64,000 bases of DNA from Nitrospinaceae bacterium (GCA_965223665.1 OZ245011.1:2048001-2112000), one strand, 5' to 3'. Shown: positions 31,675 through 42,164, counted from the first letter of the stretch. The notes: generated by a model from the sequence alone, not told the origin. Translations and numbers: made by a program.

Positions 31675-31910
31675 CCGTAAGCGTCTATCATTCCATAAAT
31701 ACCGAAAACTATTAATAATATTGAAAAGACCATCGAATAATAATACAAAAACTTTTTACCTAAAAATTTATTGACTCTATATGCAAGTGGGGTATCCCAA
31801 TATTTGGAAGGGCGTACAAAAAAAGGCCACTTCCTTATCGTTCCTATAAGGCAGATAATACCTAGAAAGGTAAACACAACGCAAGATATGAATCCGCTGA
31901 TACTTTTCAT
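31671..31910 (-). CDS. Imm17-like two-TM immunity protein
   Basis: GIICLIGTIRKWPFF...LGKK...ILLIVFG pattern. Confidence 0.55.
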   Translation of the reverse strand: MKSISGFISCVVFTFLGIICLIGTIRKWPFFVRPSKYWDTPLAYRVNKFLGKKFLYYYSMVFSILLIVFGIYGMIDAYG

Positions 31911-31935
31911 TTTCTCAAAGAAATTTATATTTTAA

Positions 31936-32214
31936 TTAAGGTAATCTTTCACCACAGGTATAGCAATTTTTAGGAACCCATGGAACTGTAACTTTAACCA
32001 AATGTTTTTTATATTTCCCTATAGGTTTTGAAGTCACTGTACTCTTACAGGTCGGACATTTAATGATATAAATAAGCAATCCAAATGTTAAAAAAACTAA
32101 TAATGTTATATATGGATAGCCAACCTCCTTAAGTTCCCACCTTGCTATAAAATCCATTACAGGAAAAAACAGAATTACTAACAACCAATGCCTGGATCTT
32201 AAAGAAAGTTTCAT
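31936..32214 (-). CDS. Small membrane protein with Zn ribbon
   Basis: Two TM segments, then CPTC and CYTCG. Confidence 0.65.
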   Translation of the reverse strand: MKLSLRSRHWLLVILFFPVMDFIARWELKEVGYPYITLLVFLTFGLLIYIIKCPTCKSTVTSKPIGKYKKHLVKVTVPWVPKNCYTCGERLP

Positions 32215-32303
32215 AATGAATCTATTTTATAATATTTTGATTGGGATTTTAACTAAGGACGGGCGTCAATGGATTTTATAACTTGAAGAAAACTATTGCT
32301 ACT

Positions 32304-32642
32304 TTAGGTCCACTTCTTGTTTTCAGCGGCGCGGACTAAATCTTTGACCAATATTTTTTTCTCCTGCGAACGTTTGCCGGTGCAGACGTTCCACAACCTC
32401 GATAAAAAGGTGGTGACGTTGTATTCCTTCGGAAAAAAATATTTATTGAAATCAAAGTCCGACATGTCGACATTGAACTGCTCCGAAAACGTTTCTAAAA
32501 TTTCAAACGCCTCGTCTCCTTCAATGCCCCAATCGTTCACAATATCCGATTCCGGCTTAATGGTGTCCAGTTCAACGGCAAATGCGATGGACAAAAATTT
32601 AAAAACGTCATGCTCTACATTTTCTACCTGGATCTCGGACAT
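32304..32642 (-). CDS. DUF1493-like (acyl-carrier-fold) protein
   Basis: D..IEGDEA, FSEQFNVDMSDFDFNKYF, VKDLVRAAE..KW. Confidence 0.75.
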   Translation of the reverse strand: MSEIQVENVEHDVFKFLSIAFAVELDTIKPESDIVNDWGIEGDEAFEILETFSEQFNVDMSDFDFNKYFFPKEYNVTTFLSRLWNVCTGKRSQEKKILVKDLVRAAENKKWT

Positions 32643-32857
32643 AATTTAGCCTCGGTTTGGGGGGGTGCGCTTTGGATGATTTTGACACTACCAAAACATA
32701 GTATACCAGTTTCCAGGACCCGCTTGGGAGTTAATTACACCCACGAAACAGCCTTTAAACTCGATGATTTATCACCGGCTAACGCTTTTGGGGCAAGTGA
32801 ATTTCTGGAGTCCGATCCACTTAATTGCTCCAAGACTCTATAAAAATTATAAAAAGG

Positions 32858-33022
32858 TAAAATCCCCCCAGCCCCCTTCATAAAAAGAGCTTTGCATAAG
32901 TAAGAATATTGAACAAAACATAATAAACTAAGAGAAGAACACCGATGCTCGCCCTCTTTCCTAAAGAGGGTCGGGGTGATTCACATCCAGGGGTTTTAAA
33001 TAAGATAAAATCCCCCCAGCCC
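32858..33022. mobile_element. Degenerate/partial MITE copies
   Basis: TIR-like AAGAGCTTTGCATAAG near 32885, palindrome CCCTCTTTCCTAAAGAGGG+TCGGGGTGATTCA, direct repeat TAAAATCCCCCCAGCCC at 32858 and 33006. Confidence 0.65.
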
Positions 33023-33232
33023 GCAGGCCAACGCCTGCCAGTAAAATTCATTCCCGATAATTTTTGGAGATAGCGGCGTCGACAGAAACTTTTCGAATAT
33101 TCCTGCTGCCTCCAATCGCTAGATTGGGAAAGGGGGAGCACATTCACATCCCAGAATATAATTTGTGTTTCTTTCAAAAATTCTCACTTCCTCAAGGAAT
33201 TTCAAAAAAGGGCACTTTTTGATTATTTTTTG

Positions 33233-33274
33233 TTGACAACATTTGGCTGGAAACATATACTTAGCACTACTAAG
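33233..33274 (+). promoter_or_regulatory. Sigma70 promoter and likely MarR operator
   Basis: TTGACA (33233), 17 bp, TATACT (33256). Inverted repeat CTTAG-N5-CTAAG (33260-33274). Confidence 0.75.
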
Positions 33275-33296
33275 CATTTACTAAGGAGTACTTATA

Positions 33297-33965
33297 GTGA
33301 GCGATGCAAGCAAATCTTCTCAAGATCCCAATTCCACCTCCTGGAAAATCATTACCGGGTTGTCCAAGGTGTCCATTGCACTTAAGAGTCATTCCTGGAA
33401 GGAAGCCAACGAAAGCGGGTTGACGCCAACGCAGGGGCAGATTCTGGTGAACTTAAATCTATGGTCCGGCAAAGAGGACCCGAGTCTTTCGGAATTAGCG
33501 GAAGCGTTGGGGATCACTTTGGCCACTGCCAGCAGTTCCATGAATAGCCTGGTGGAAAAAAAGCTGGTTCGCAAAATCCGTTCTCCGGTGGATGGAAGGA
33601 TTGTCGTCGTTTCCCTGACCGCGAAAGGAAAAAAAGAAGCGGAGAATGCGGCAGGGTGGCCGGACTTCCTGACAGGAGCCCTGGATAAATTGTCTCCGAA
33701 TGAGCGGGTAATGTTTTTCCGCTGTCTTTTGAAAATCATCCGCTCGTTGCAGGACGAACACCAGATTCCTGTCAGCCGAATGTGTGTCACCTGCGCTTAT
33801 TTCAAACCGCACGTTCATAAAGATTTGAAACGGCCGCACCACTGCGGTTTCGTCAACTCTCCTTTTGGCGATGGTGAGTTGAGACTGGAATGCGGCGATC
33901 ATGAAAGTGCTTCCTCGGTAGAAAGCAATCGAATTTGGGAAATATTTTTTGCAGATAGAAAGTAA
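33297..33965 (+). CDS. MarR-family regulator with Cys/His-rich C-terminal extension
   Basis: GLTPTQ..IL, LSELAEALGITLAT.S, DGR.V.VSLTAKG. C-terminal CVTC..HHC..C. Confidence 0.9.
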   Translation: MSDASKSSQDPNSTSWKIITGLSKVSIALKSHSWKEANESGLTPTQGQILVNLNLWSGKEDPSLSELAEALGITLATASSSMNSLVEKKLVRKIRSPVDGRIVVVSLTAKGKKEAENAAGWPDFLTGALDKLSPNERVMFFRCLLKIIRSLQDEHQIPVSRMCVTCAYFKPHVHKDLKRPHHCGFVNSPFGDGELRLECGDHESASSVESNRIWEIFFADRK

Positions 33966-34076
33966 ACTTTGGAATGTTCTTCATCGGTGATGATCTCCGA
34001 TGATGTGTTGTTCATATTCGTTGGACTTTTTTAACGAATTTTTTTATTACACTTTTAATAGAAAGGAAAATTTATT

Positions 34077-34310
34077 ATGACTCAGGCAATTTTTTATCAT
34101 GCAGGTTGTCCCGTGTGTGTCGAAGCAGAACAACGGTTTGTTTCAGCTTTGGATCCGGCAGAGTATAAGGTCGAAGAAGTGAATTTAGGAAGTGATAAAG
34201 GAAGAATTCCAGAAGCCGAGCAATCGGGCGTGACTTCCGTTCCTGCACTGGTGATTGGAGGAAAACCGTTTCACATCAATTTTGGAGCTTCGATCCAGGA
34301 CTTGAAATAA
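34077..34310 (+). CDS. Small thioredoxin/glutaredoxin-fold protein
   Basis: FYHAGCPVC, GVTSVPALVIGG. RBS AGAAAGGA. Confidence 0.88.
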   Translation: MTQAIFYHAGCPVCVEAEQRFVSALDPAEYKVEEVNLGSDKGRIPEAEQSGVTSVPALVIGGKPFHINFGASIQDLK

Positions 34311-34518
34311 GATGGCCAACGCTTTGCAAACGTTGCCATCCCACCCACACATTGGGGGAGGTGCATGCCCTCCCTCTTCCAGTCCACAACTGAAGGAAAC
34401 TCACTCGCTGTGAGGGGCAATATTCATTTCCAATGATCGACAATTAGCGCCGAATCCGCAGAACCTTTTCCCAATTTTTATCTTCAGAAGAAAATATATA
34501 AATTGGAAGCGAATGTGC

Positions 34519-34562
34519 ACCCTCTTTTTAAAGAGGGCTGGGGTGATTGACCTTCAGGGGTT
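34519..34562 (+). repeat. MITE-internal palindrome copy (another at about 48263-48295)
   Basis: CCCTCTTTTTAAAGAGGG+CTGGGGTGATT. Confidence 0.7.
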
Positions 34563-34591
34563 TAATAAATGATAAATTCTAATTCCTTACT

Positions 34592-36445
34592 TTACTCTTC
34601 TTTCAAACCCAACCGGCACAGGCCATCGGCGGTGAACATGAAAGAACCAAATTGATTTCCCAACAAAATGGTATCCTCGTCCGCTTTTTCAATTGTATTA
34701 GGTAAAGCATAGTAATTTCCTACCTTGGTGGCAGACCACTTTCCTTTTACCCTCTTTATTTCATAAATCAAACCATGAAACATTCCATGCATAAAACCGG
34801 AGAATGCGTACAAACCAAAAGAGGTTTTAAAAATTCTTAAAACGGTATCAAATATAATTTTTTCTACTTTACCTTCATCACTTTTATAAACCAGGTAACC
34901 TCCCCATTCTCCCTTATCGGCACCCAGTATCCAACCAGTTGGAACTTTGTATCCAAATTCAGGTGGGAATGGCATCATTTCCGAGCGCACATAATCTTTA
35001 GAAAAGTCATATTGGTCCGGAAATTTCAATCGGTTCAATTCGTCCTGGAGGTCGCTCAGTATTTGCCAATTTTTATAAAATGATGAATCTTCAGGTTCAC
35101 CCATATACCACCCTTCTTTAGTTTTTTTTACGATGGGTTTTATTTTAAAAATAGAATCCACCGATTTATTACTGAGTTGTTTAAATTCTTCCTCTGCTTT
35201 TTCTACTAGTAGGCGATCGCGTTCCTCAGGAGGTAAATTGTAGGGATAAACTTTTTTAACGCTTACATTCTTACAATCTGGCATATCATTTCTTATTCTT
35301 TCTGCAACTTCATCATATCTATAATTTTTTATGAAAGACATTTCGTAATCAATAGAAGCACAATCCGAATTCACCTTTCCGTTTTCTACTTTACAATTCC
35401 TTCTCAATGCTTTTTCTTTTTCAGCCGCTTCTTCCATTTGTCTATAAGCCCAATAAAGTGGTCTTTCATCATTTTGCGGGTACAATCGGCACAGGCCGTT
35501 GGCGGTGAACAGGAAAGAAGCGTATTGATGGCCAATCAATAGAGCACCGGATTGAGTTTGTTCTACAATGTGGGGTCGCCAATATAAACTGGCCAACAGT
35601 TGGGTTTTCCAACCGTCGCCTTGTGGTTCTACCTTATGGATAAACCCATGGTTCGTGATGCTTCCCACATTTCCGGTCACTGCCAGGATTCCTTCCGGAG
35701 TTTTAACAACTTTTATCACGTTATCAATTAAAAGTTTCTGGATGTCACCCTTTCGGTTTTTAAATACCAGATACCCACGCCAGGCGCCACCGTCTAAACC
35801 GAGCAGCCAGCCATTCTTCACTTCAACCTGGATGGAAGGAGGAAACAGCATCATGTCAGACTTCTTAAAATCTTTAGCGAAAAGTTTTGCCTTAAGCGAT
35901 TTCTTTTGTTCAATGGTTTCTTTTAACAGTTCCACCACGGCCACATTTTTAAAAAAAGGTTTTCTTTGGATTCGAGGTTGGGAAAACTCCTCACTATCAA
36001 TAATCTCATCCAAATCGATCAGCCATCCTTTCGGTTCCTTCTTTTTAATTCTTCCTCCCAGCAAATGGGTGACCGGACGGTTTTGTAGTCTTGCCAATTC
36101 ATATTCAAATCTGGCAATCAGCTTGCGGTCTCTAATTTTAGGAGGAAACATGTAGGGCCACACATCGCCAGCTACCGGGTTGGTACAGGGAGGAATCTTC
36201 AACACCTTCTTCAGAACATCCACCCGAGACGTATGAGGAATTTTTACAAATTCCAATTGATGGGGTCCGCAATCCAAATCTTTGGTCTTTGCGGCACATA
36301 GTTCCAGATACCTGGGAACCATATCGGCTGCGGCGGCAAGCCCTGAGTTTGCCAATACCAAAAACCCTACAATGCAGGAACCGAACCAAATTCTAAACAT
36401 AAAGATTGCACTCAAAATTGAATAACGTTCTTCTTCTCTCTGCAT
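34592..36445 (-). CDS. Secreted hypothetical protein made of two homologous halves
   Basis: Duplicated motifs PY..PP..RDR.L, MM.FPP, GW.LG.D.G.W.GYLV, F.FTA.GLCRL. Confidence 0.78.
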   Translation of the reverse strand: MQREEERYSILSAIFMFRIWFGSCIVGFLVLANSGLAAAADMVPRYLELCAAKTKDLDCGPHQLEFVKIPHTSRVDVLKKVLKIPPCTNPVAGDVWPYMFPPKIRDRKLIARFEYELARLQNRPVTHLLGGRIKKKEPKGWLIDLDEIIDSEEFSQPRIQRKPFFKNVAVVELLKETIEQKKSLKAKLFAKDFKKSDMMLFPPSIQVEVKNGWLLGLDGGAWRGYLVFKNRKGDIQKLLIDNVIKVVKTPEGILAVTGNVGSITNHGFIHKVEPQGDGWKTQLLASLYWRPHIVEQTQSGALLIGHQYASFLFTANGLCRLYPQNDERPLYWAYRQMEEAAEKEKALRRNCKVENGKVNSDCASIDYEMSFIKNYRYDEVAERIRNDMPDCKNVSVKKVYPYNLPPEERDRLLVEKAEEEFKQLSNKSVDSIFKIKPIVKKTKEGWYMGEPEDSSFYKNWQILSDLQDELNRLKFPDQYDFSKDYVRSEMMPFPPEFGYKVPTGWILGADKGEWGGYLVYKSDEGKVEKIIFDTVLRIFKTSFGLYAFSGFMHGMFHGLIYEIKRVKGKWSATKVGNYYALPNTIEKADEDTILLGNQFGSFMFTADGLCRLGLKEE

Positions 36446-36552
36446 AATTTCGACTCTAAAGGGAGAGATTCCTTATCTTAGCACAAACCCAAGCGCGGCT
36501 CACCTTTTAGAAAACTGGTTTTGGGTATTCGAAATTTTGGGGAGTTGAGTTT

Positions 36553-39500
36553 CTATCCGGTCTTAGGTTGGTTTCCAACATCCAGAAACAGGAGGGGAAT
36601 GTTGTAATCGTTTTGATAAATCCGGCAGCATTCTTCGAGAGCGACGAGGAATCCCTTGATGTTCCTGGGATACCCTTCCAGATCCTGCAACGATCCAACC
36701 CATTGGTTCCATTGCTCCGGTTGCCCCGGCAAGGAAGTTTTGATACTATACATCGCACCGAGATACTCCGCCATAGGATTAAATGTGAATCGCAAAAACT
36801 GAGTGTCTCCGGTGGTTCTTTGAGCCAATATTCCGTTGGCAATGAAGCGATCGATCATTTGCGCCGATTGTTCGAATCGTGGGTGATTGGTGAATTCCTG
36901 TTCGGTAACATCGCGCCGAAAATCCTTGGGAATGCAATTATCTCCCAAACTGCAATGGGCTAAAATTTGTGCGCCCTCGATTAACAGTTCTTCTGAAATT
37001 TCGCTCTCCGTGCCGTTGTCTTCCGGGTTGATACCGCGCAAGTATTCCAAAATGATTTCCGGAATGGATAACGGCAGCGTTTCAATCGCCTTCAAGCTGC
37101 CGGTGGACTGCACTCGCGAAATGGCATTTTCCAAATACCATTTTAAAAGTAGAGGCGTGACCGATAAACGTTCGCCGCCACTTTCCACCACTGTCAGCAC
37201 TCGTTCCGCCAGGTTGACCGTGGGGCGTCCTTTAAATTCACTATAAGAATCTTTGGAGCGTAAATAATCGCCTATAAATTTTACCACGCGGCCTTCATCC
37301 AGTATTTCCGGCCAGCAATACCGCACCGCGGTGCTGCCAAAATCCGGCATCAGCCGGGACGTCGTGATCAGGACATTGACCGGAACTCCTTTTTCAAAAA
37401 GTGAGGTGACATAACCCTGCGTGTCCTGGCTCCTCTCCGAAAGTGCATCAATGATGACCAGCAGGCGTTTCCTTTTTAGTAACGCTTCCACTAACCGCAG
37501 ATCAATAGTTTCAACACCTAACATTTCCTTCAGAATGTGACTTGTGGATTCCACCAGATCGTCCAGCTCACCTTCCAGCGCAACCGGGATAGAACGATGA
37601 GGCATCAGCCGTTCTTCGACTTTACTCGCAAAAGCCATTTGCGCCAGCCGGCTGACCAGCATGGTTTTTCCGGTTCCGCCTTCCCCGACAATAGAAACCA
37701 CACAACGCGCTCCCCTGAAGAGCGGTTGAAAGCTTTGCGGCTGGGGTTCCTTAAAGAGTTCACCGCCGACCGGATGGTCCAGTCGAACGGGAAGTTCCAT
37801 ATAGCCCTGGCTTTTTTTATAAAGGTCCGTCCGCTTTAACGCCGCTTCTAAAATATCTTTATGGAGGTCTATCCAAAGGTCCAGACAGTCCGGGAACTGA
37901 ATAAAGTCTTGATACACTCTTGACGGTAAATGGGCAAAGGCGCTATCACCCTCCTTTACGCTTTGTATCCATGATTTCCGCACACGCTCATGGTCTGAAA
38001 AGTAGGGCAGCGTGGTGATGGAAAATAATCCTCTCAAAATTCGTGGAGCATCCTTCTTTAAATATTGAAACCATCGGCCTCCGCCCAGATTGATAAAGAA
38101 AAGCGGATAAACATACAGCAACAGGTATAACATTCCAAAATACGCCGATAACAAACCGGCCACCCAAAGCACTTCTTTATATTGGTTATAAATTTCCACC
38201 CACCAGGGTTTATAAACATGAGGAAAGGGAATTTTTTGAACCGGCAAAGCGTGCTTCCAGGCCTCCATGGTGATTTGATAATAGAGGGTGGAATTTTTGT
38301 CCACATTGTATTTTTCGTCCTGCGGATTCCAAACAAATTGATAAACCCCCGGCGACCTCTCTACTAAAGGATATTTTTTCAAATCGATGGATTGAATTTC
38401 GGCGGTAGGCGATTCCTGTGAAAACTGGATGCCTGCAATTTTTAACTGATTGAAATCAACTTCCTTCGCTTCGACGGTAAACTGGATATTGATTTTGTTG
38501 AGTTGCTCCGCCAACCCGAAGGAATTGACGTAGGGAAAATCGGAAGGATTTTTCGATTTTGTTAAACTCAGGAAATCACCACCCAACCAAATCTGATTTC
38601 CCTTATGATACACCGTGTTGAACGTGACCCGGTTCTCTTCCCGCCAGGTAACCCCGCCATTGGTAGTGACCAAATACTTTTTTTGGTCAATCATGGCATC
38701 TTTGAACTTACCGCGGAAACCGGCTTTGACCTTTTCATTCACAGTCGCAAAACCGGTCAGTTCATTGAGAAAATACATATAGCGGACCGAGCGCCCGGAC
38801 CCAACCGGTTGCTCCTTCCAGGTCGCCCCGCCATCCACAGTAGTCAAAACGGCTTTACTGGTCGCAAGCACTCCATTTTTCTCGTTAAAAAATTTGGGAC
38901 CATAGATCAGTTCGTCCTCACCCATATTTTTCGCATCCCAGGTTTCCCCGGCATCTTTAGTGGAGTATAAATAAGCCGCCCGTTTCTTGTGATTGTACCC
39001 GGCCACCCAGCCGATTTTAGGATTCAGAAATTGAAGGTTCCACAAAGTGACATCAGGAAATATGAGTTGTTCTTCCCATGTGCGGCCGCCGTTTTTGGTT
39101 TGCAATATATTGCCGCCTCTTCCCTTTTGGCTATAGGCCGTGGCCCAACCGATTTGGGAATCGACAAAGTCGATGTCAAAAAATCGAGAGTCGTCAGGCG
39201 GCAGAGATTTTTCCCAGGTTAGGCCTCCGGTTTGTGTTCTAAAAATAAATCGGGATCCCCAAACCCATCCGATTTTTTCGTTAACAAACTGGATCGCGTC
39301 TATGGACTCTTCGGTATCCAGCGGCTGTTTCACCCAGGTTTTACCGCCATCTTTGGTGAAGATGAGCAGCCGCTTTCTTCCAAAGCGGCTGGAGACGGCC
39401 CATCCTTCTTGATCGTTTACAAATTGAACAGAAGACAAATCTCCATGCGGGGTGTCCATGATTTTGGCGACACTTTTACCGCCATCTTTGGTGGAAAACA

Positions 39501-40503
39501 GATCTCCGTTTCCGGAAAGAATCCCGTTTTGTTTATCGAAAAAGAACGCCTGCCGCACATATTCGTCGACATCCAGTTTTTGAGGTTTCCAGGTTTCTCC
39601 TCCGTTGGTGGTTTTGAATATAAATAATTGAAGTCCCTGGCCCTCTAAAGCGCCAATCATAAAACCGGATTGGCCATCAATAAATTGAATAGTATCGAAT
39701 GAAATCTTTTCATCAAAGGTTTGTCGTTTCCAGGTGGCGCCGCCATTCTCTGTGTACAGGTAACCTTCAAAGTAGTTGCCGATCACCCATCCGGTTTTAG
39801 CGTTGAGGAAATAAACATCTCCCAACCCCTGCTTCACACCGCTTCTTTGCTGTTTCCAGGTGGCGCCGCCGTCTTTGGTGTGAAAAATCTCACTTTCACT
39901 CACTGCCCAACCCTGGGTCTCGTCAATAAAGTGGATGTCGTTGAGTTCCTTTTTGGCTCCGACGTCTTGGCTGTTCCAGGTGGTCCCGCCGTCGGTGGTG
40001 GAAAGGATTCCCTTTCGGGTGAGAGCCCACCCGACTTCCTCATTTATAAAGTGTATTTTTTCGAGATAATTTCTTTTTTCAGAATAGATGGAATTCCAAG
40101 TTGCTCCTCCATCTGTGGTAGCATAAATCACCCCATCGTTACCCTGGTTGCCGGCCACCCAACCCAGCTTGTCATTTAAAAACTGCATGGACATAAAAAA
40201 GGAATCCTTAATCACTTTTTGATCTTTCCAGGAATTCCCTCCGTCTTCTGTCGTCAGGATAATGCTGTCTCCGTTTTCCTCACCAATGGCCCAACCGTTT
40301 TCAGAATCTAAAAAATAAAATTGTCGGAAGTACAGTCGGTCGACACTTTCCCATTCCCAGGTGAATGGAAGGTTGGCGGGGCGAGGAATTTTTTTGAGTT
40401 GGATTTCTTTGGCAATATCGCAACCGCTAAGTACACCCAATACAAGGAAGGTGGCTACGATTAAACTAAGACAAGGCTGGTATATTTTTGAGTAACGTTT
40501 CAC
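36553..40503 (-). CDS. Lipoprotein-signal YCF48/BNR beta-propeller + TM + cytoplasmic P-loop (NACHT/STAND-like) NTPase
   Basis: GTG 40503, LSGC lipobox, about 12 T.DGG.TW repeats, TM helix, Walker A GEGGTGKT, Walker B LLVIIDALSE, ITTSR, TPLL. Confidence 0.85.
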   Translation of the reverse strand: MKRYSKIYQPCLSLIVATFLVLGVLSGCDIAKEIQLKKIPRPANLPFTWEWESVDRLYFRQFYFLDSENGWAIGEENGDSIILTTEDGGNSWKDQKVIKDSFFMSMQFLNDKLGWVAGNQGNDGVIYATTDGGATWNSIYSEKRNYLEKIHFINEEVGWALTRKGILSTTDGGTTWNSQDVGAKKELNDIHFIDETQGWAVSESEIFHTKDGGATWKQQRSGVKQGLGDVYFLNAKTGWVIGNYFEGYLYTENGGATWKRQTFDEKISFDTIQFIDGQSGFMIGALEGQGLQLFIFKTTNGGETWKPQKLDVDEYVRQAFFFDKQNGILSGNGDLFSTKDGGKSVAKIMDTPHGDLSSVQFVNDQEGWAVSSRFGRKRLLIFTKDGGKTWVKQPLDTEESIDAIQFVNEKIGWVWGSRFIFRTQTGGLTWEKSLPPDDSRFFDIDFVDSQIGWATAYSQKGRGGNILQTKNGGRTWEEQLIFPDVTLWNLQFLNPKIGWVAGYNHKKRAAYLYSTKDAGETWDAKNMGEDELIYGPKFFNEKNGVLATSKAVLTTVDGGATWKEQPVGSGRSVRYMYFLNELTGFATVNEKVKAGFRGKFKDAMIDQKKYLVTTNGGVTWREENRVTFNTVYHKGNQIWLGGDFLSLTKSKNPSDFPYVNSFGLAEQLNKINIQFTVEAKEVDFNQLKIAGIQFSQESPTAEIQSIDLKKYPLVERSPGVYQFVWNPQDEKYNVDKNSTLYYQITMEAWKHALPVQKIPFPHVYKPWWVEIYNQYKEVLWVAGLLSAYFGMLYLLLYVYPLFFINLGGGRWFQYLKKDAPRILRGLFSITTLPYFSDHERVRKSWIQSVKEGDSAFAHLPSRVYQDFIQFPDCLDLWIDLHKDILEAALKRTDLYKKSQGYMELPVRLDHPVGGELFKEPQPQSFQPLFRGARCVVSIVGEGGTGKTMLVSRLAQMAFASKVEERLMPHRSIPVALEGELDDLVESTSHILKEMLGVETIDLRLVEALLKRKRLLVIIDALSERSQDTQGYVTSLFEKGVPVNVLITTSRLMPDFGSTAVRYCWPEILDEGRVVKFIGDYLRSKDSYSEFKGRPTVNLAERVLTVVESGGERLSVTPLLLKWYLENAISRVQSTGSLKAIETLPLSIPEIILEYLRGINPEDNGTESEISEELLIEGAQILAHCSLGDNCIPKDFRRDVTEQEFTNHPRFEQSAQMIDRFIANGILAQRTTGDTQFLRFTFNPMAEYLGAMYSIKTSLPGQPEQWNQWVGSLQDLEGYPRNIKGFLVALEECCRIYQNDYNIPLLFLDVGNQPKTG

Positions 40504-40992
40504 TTTAATCCCAGGGCGAGGCGTAGAAGGATAGCACTTTACACAACTCAGTTGAATTATATAGGTAAAATTGAAATTTTGGAACCAAAGGGATTGTATT
40601 TCCAACCCTAACTTGAAAAAAAATTCAGCTCTAAAATGAGGAAAGCCGCACACTTTCAATAAGTCCCCGGAGGCAAATCCCAAAACTGCCAGGCGTTTTG
40701 AGGCCGAAAACTGCAAATTTAAAAATTTGGTTTACAAAAATTTTCGAGAACCAAAAAAGTATTAAAGTAGATGATTCCTGGGTTTAAAAAAGACAATACC
40801 TCAGATGCGCTAGAAATTCCCTGATAAATAAGGCTGGTTTTGCTATATCCTTAAATTTCCTTCCGGCCTACCCCCCTAAAAATACCCCTCGATTTATTTA
40901 GGAATACCAATTTTATCGGAATAAGTCACTTGTTTTAGGGTAATGGTTATGTAAAATGTCTGAAAAAACACCACAAAAAAAGGAGATCAGAT

Positions 40993-41313
40993 ATGCAAAC
41001 TATTCGAGAAATACTGGAAGCAGTCCGGGATCTTTCTGAAGAAAACGCTATATTAAAACGAGAGAACCTGTTTCTGCAAGCCCAGGTGAGTTCCCTCAAA
41101 AAATTGGGTGTAATCCAGAAATCTCGTGAGAAAAGATTCACCGTTGAAAATTCCAAAGTTATTCAAATGCACCCGCTAAGAGATAACGGAAACGATAGAG
41201 TCAAAGATAACGAGGAAGCCTACATTAACACTCCAAACAATCAAAACAATTTTGCCACGATACAGGAAAAATCGAACCCTTGTCTAAAGGGTTTTCAAAA
41301 ATCAAAAGGTTGA
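40993..41313 (+). CDS. Small coiled-coil hypothetical protein, paralogue of the 7121 gene
   Basis: RBS AAGGAG, LSEENAILKRENLFLQAQVSSLKK. Confidence 0.75.
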   Translation: MQTIREILEAVRDLSEENAILKRENLFLQAQVSSLKKLGVIQKSREKRFTVENSKVIQMHPLRDNGNDRVKDNEEAYINTPNNQNNFATIQEKSNPCLKGFQKSKG

Positions 41314-41475
41314 CAGGCAATGCAATTTTTTTTAAAGAAAAGGTTGAAACGCAGCGACCCTCATTTAAGTTTCGAATATTGACATTATTAAAAACATATG
41401 CATAAATATTTTTATGTTTATTAGGAGGAATCCATTTCAAACACACGCATTCATTTTCCTGCTGCCCTTCCCACA

Positions 41476-41805
41476 TTGGTTTTGGCAAAGCCGCATTTGC
41501 ATAAAGAAAAGTTTTATGCGGATCGATGGTGTTTCAGCCATCAGGGAGAACGGGAGGTGTTACTCCCGGATTATAGTCGCGTCGATTGTGTGACTCAGGA
41601 TTATGTGATTGAAGTGGAGTTTGCCCGCAAGTGGGCGGAGGCGATAGGACAAGTGCTGTTTTATGGTGCCGAGAGCGGCCGAAAGAAAGGGATTGTGTTG
41701 ATTCTGGAACGTGCGAAGGACAAAAAATATTTAAGACGTTTAAAGACGGCACTGCGCCGCAACCACGTCTACATCAAAGTCTGGACCATCCATGAGTATT
41801 TATAA
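41476..41805 (+). CDS. Small PD-(D/E)XK-like conserved protein
   Basis: E..LPD.SRVDC.T....IEVEF..KWAEAIGQ.L.Y pattern. Start uncertain. Confidence 0.65.
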   Translation: MVLAKPHLHKEKFYADRWCFSHQGEREVLLPDYSRVDCVTQDYVIEVEFARKWAEAIGQVLFYGAESGRKKGIVLILERAKDKKYLRRLKTALRRNHVYIKVWTIHEYL

Positions 41806-41879
41806 GACAATCAAAATTTATTCAATCCAGAATTTCGTTTCAATTTTTTATTCTTTAATTTCTATTGAGAACCCTCAGT

Positions 41880-42164
41880 TTAAAAACAGTTGGGATACCA
41901 AATGCCTCGCCACGTGCAGGCGCCCATATTGGTCGTGATATTTTTATCTTTAATGGCGCTGGTGTCGTGGTCTTCGGAGATTTCGGTAACGGGAGGAAGT
42001 TTCTCATTTTTAAATATTTTATTTTGGATCAACTCCAGGGCGTCTTCTTTCGTAAACGCAGTGACCCCTACTCCTTTCGAAATGAACATGCTTTGCAGGG
42101 CATATTGTTTTCCTTCCAAATCAAATTGGATCCAAAACTTTTTGAGCAGTTTTTTGTCTATCAT
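41880..42164 (-). CDS. Small hypothetical protein, immunity-like
   Basis: FWIQF, GVGVTAF...DAL, NMG....RGIWYP. Lies in the toxin/immunity region. Confidence 0.6.
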   Translation of the reverse strand: MIDKKLLKKFWIQFDLEGKQYALQSMFISKGVGVTAFTKEDALELIQNKIFKNEKLPPVTEISEDHDTSAIKDKNITTNMGACTWRGIWYPNCF

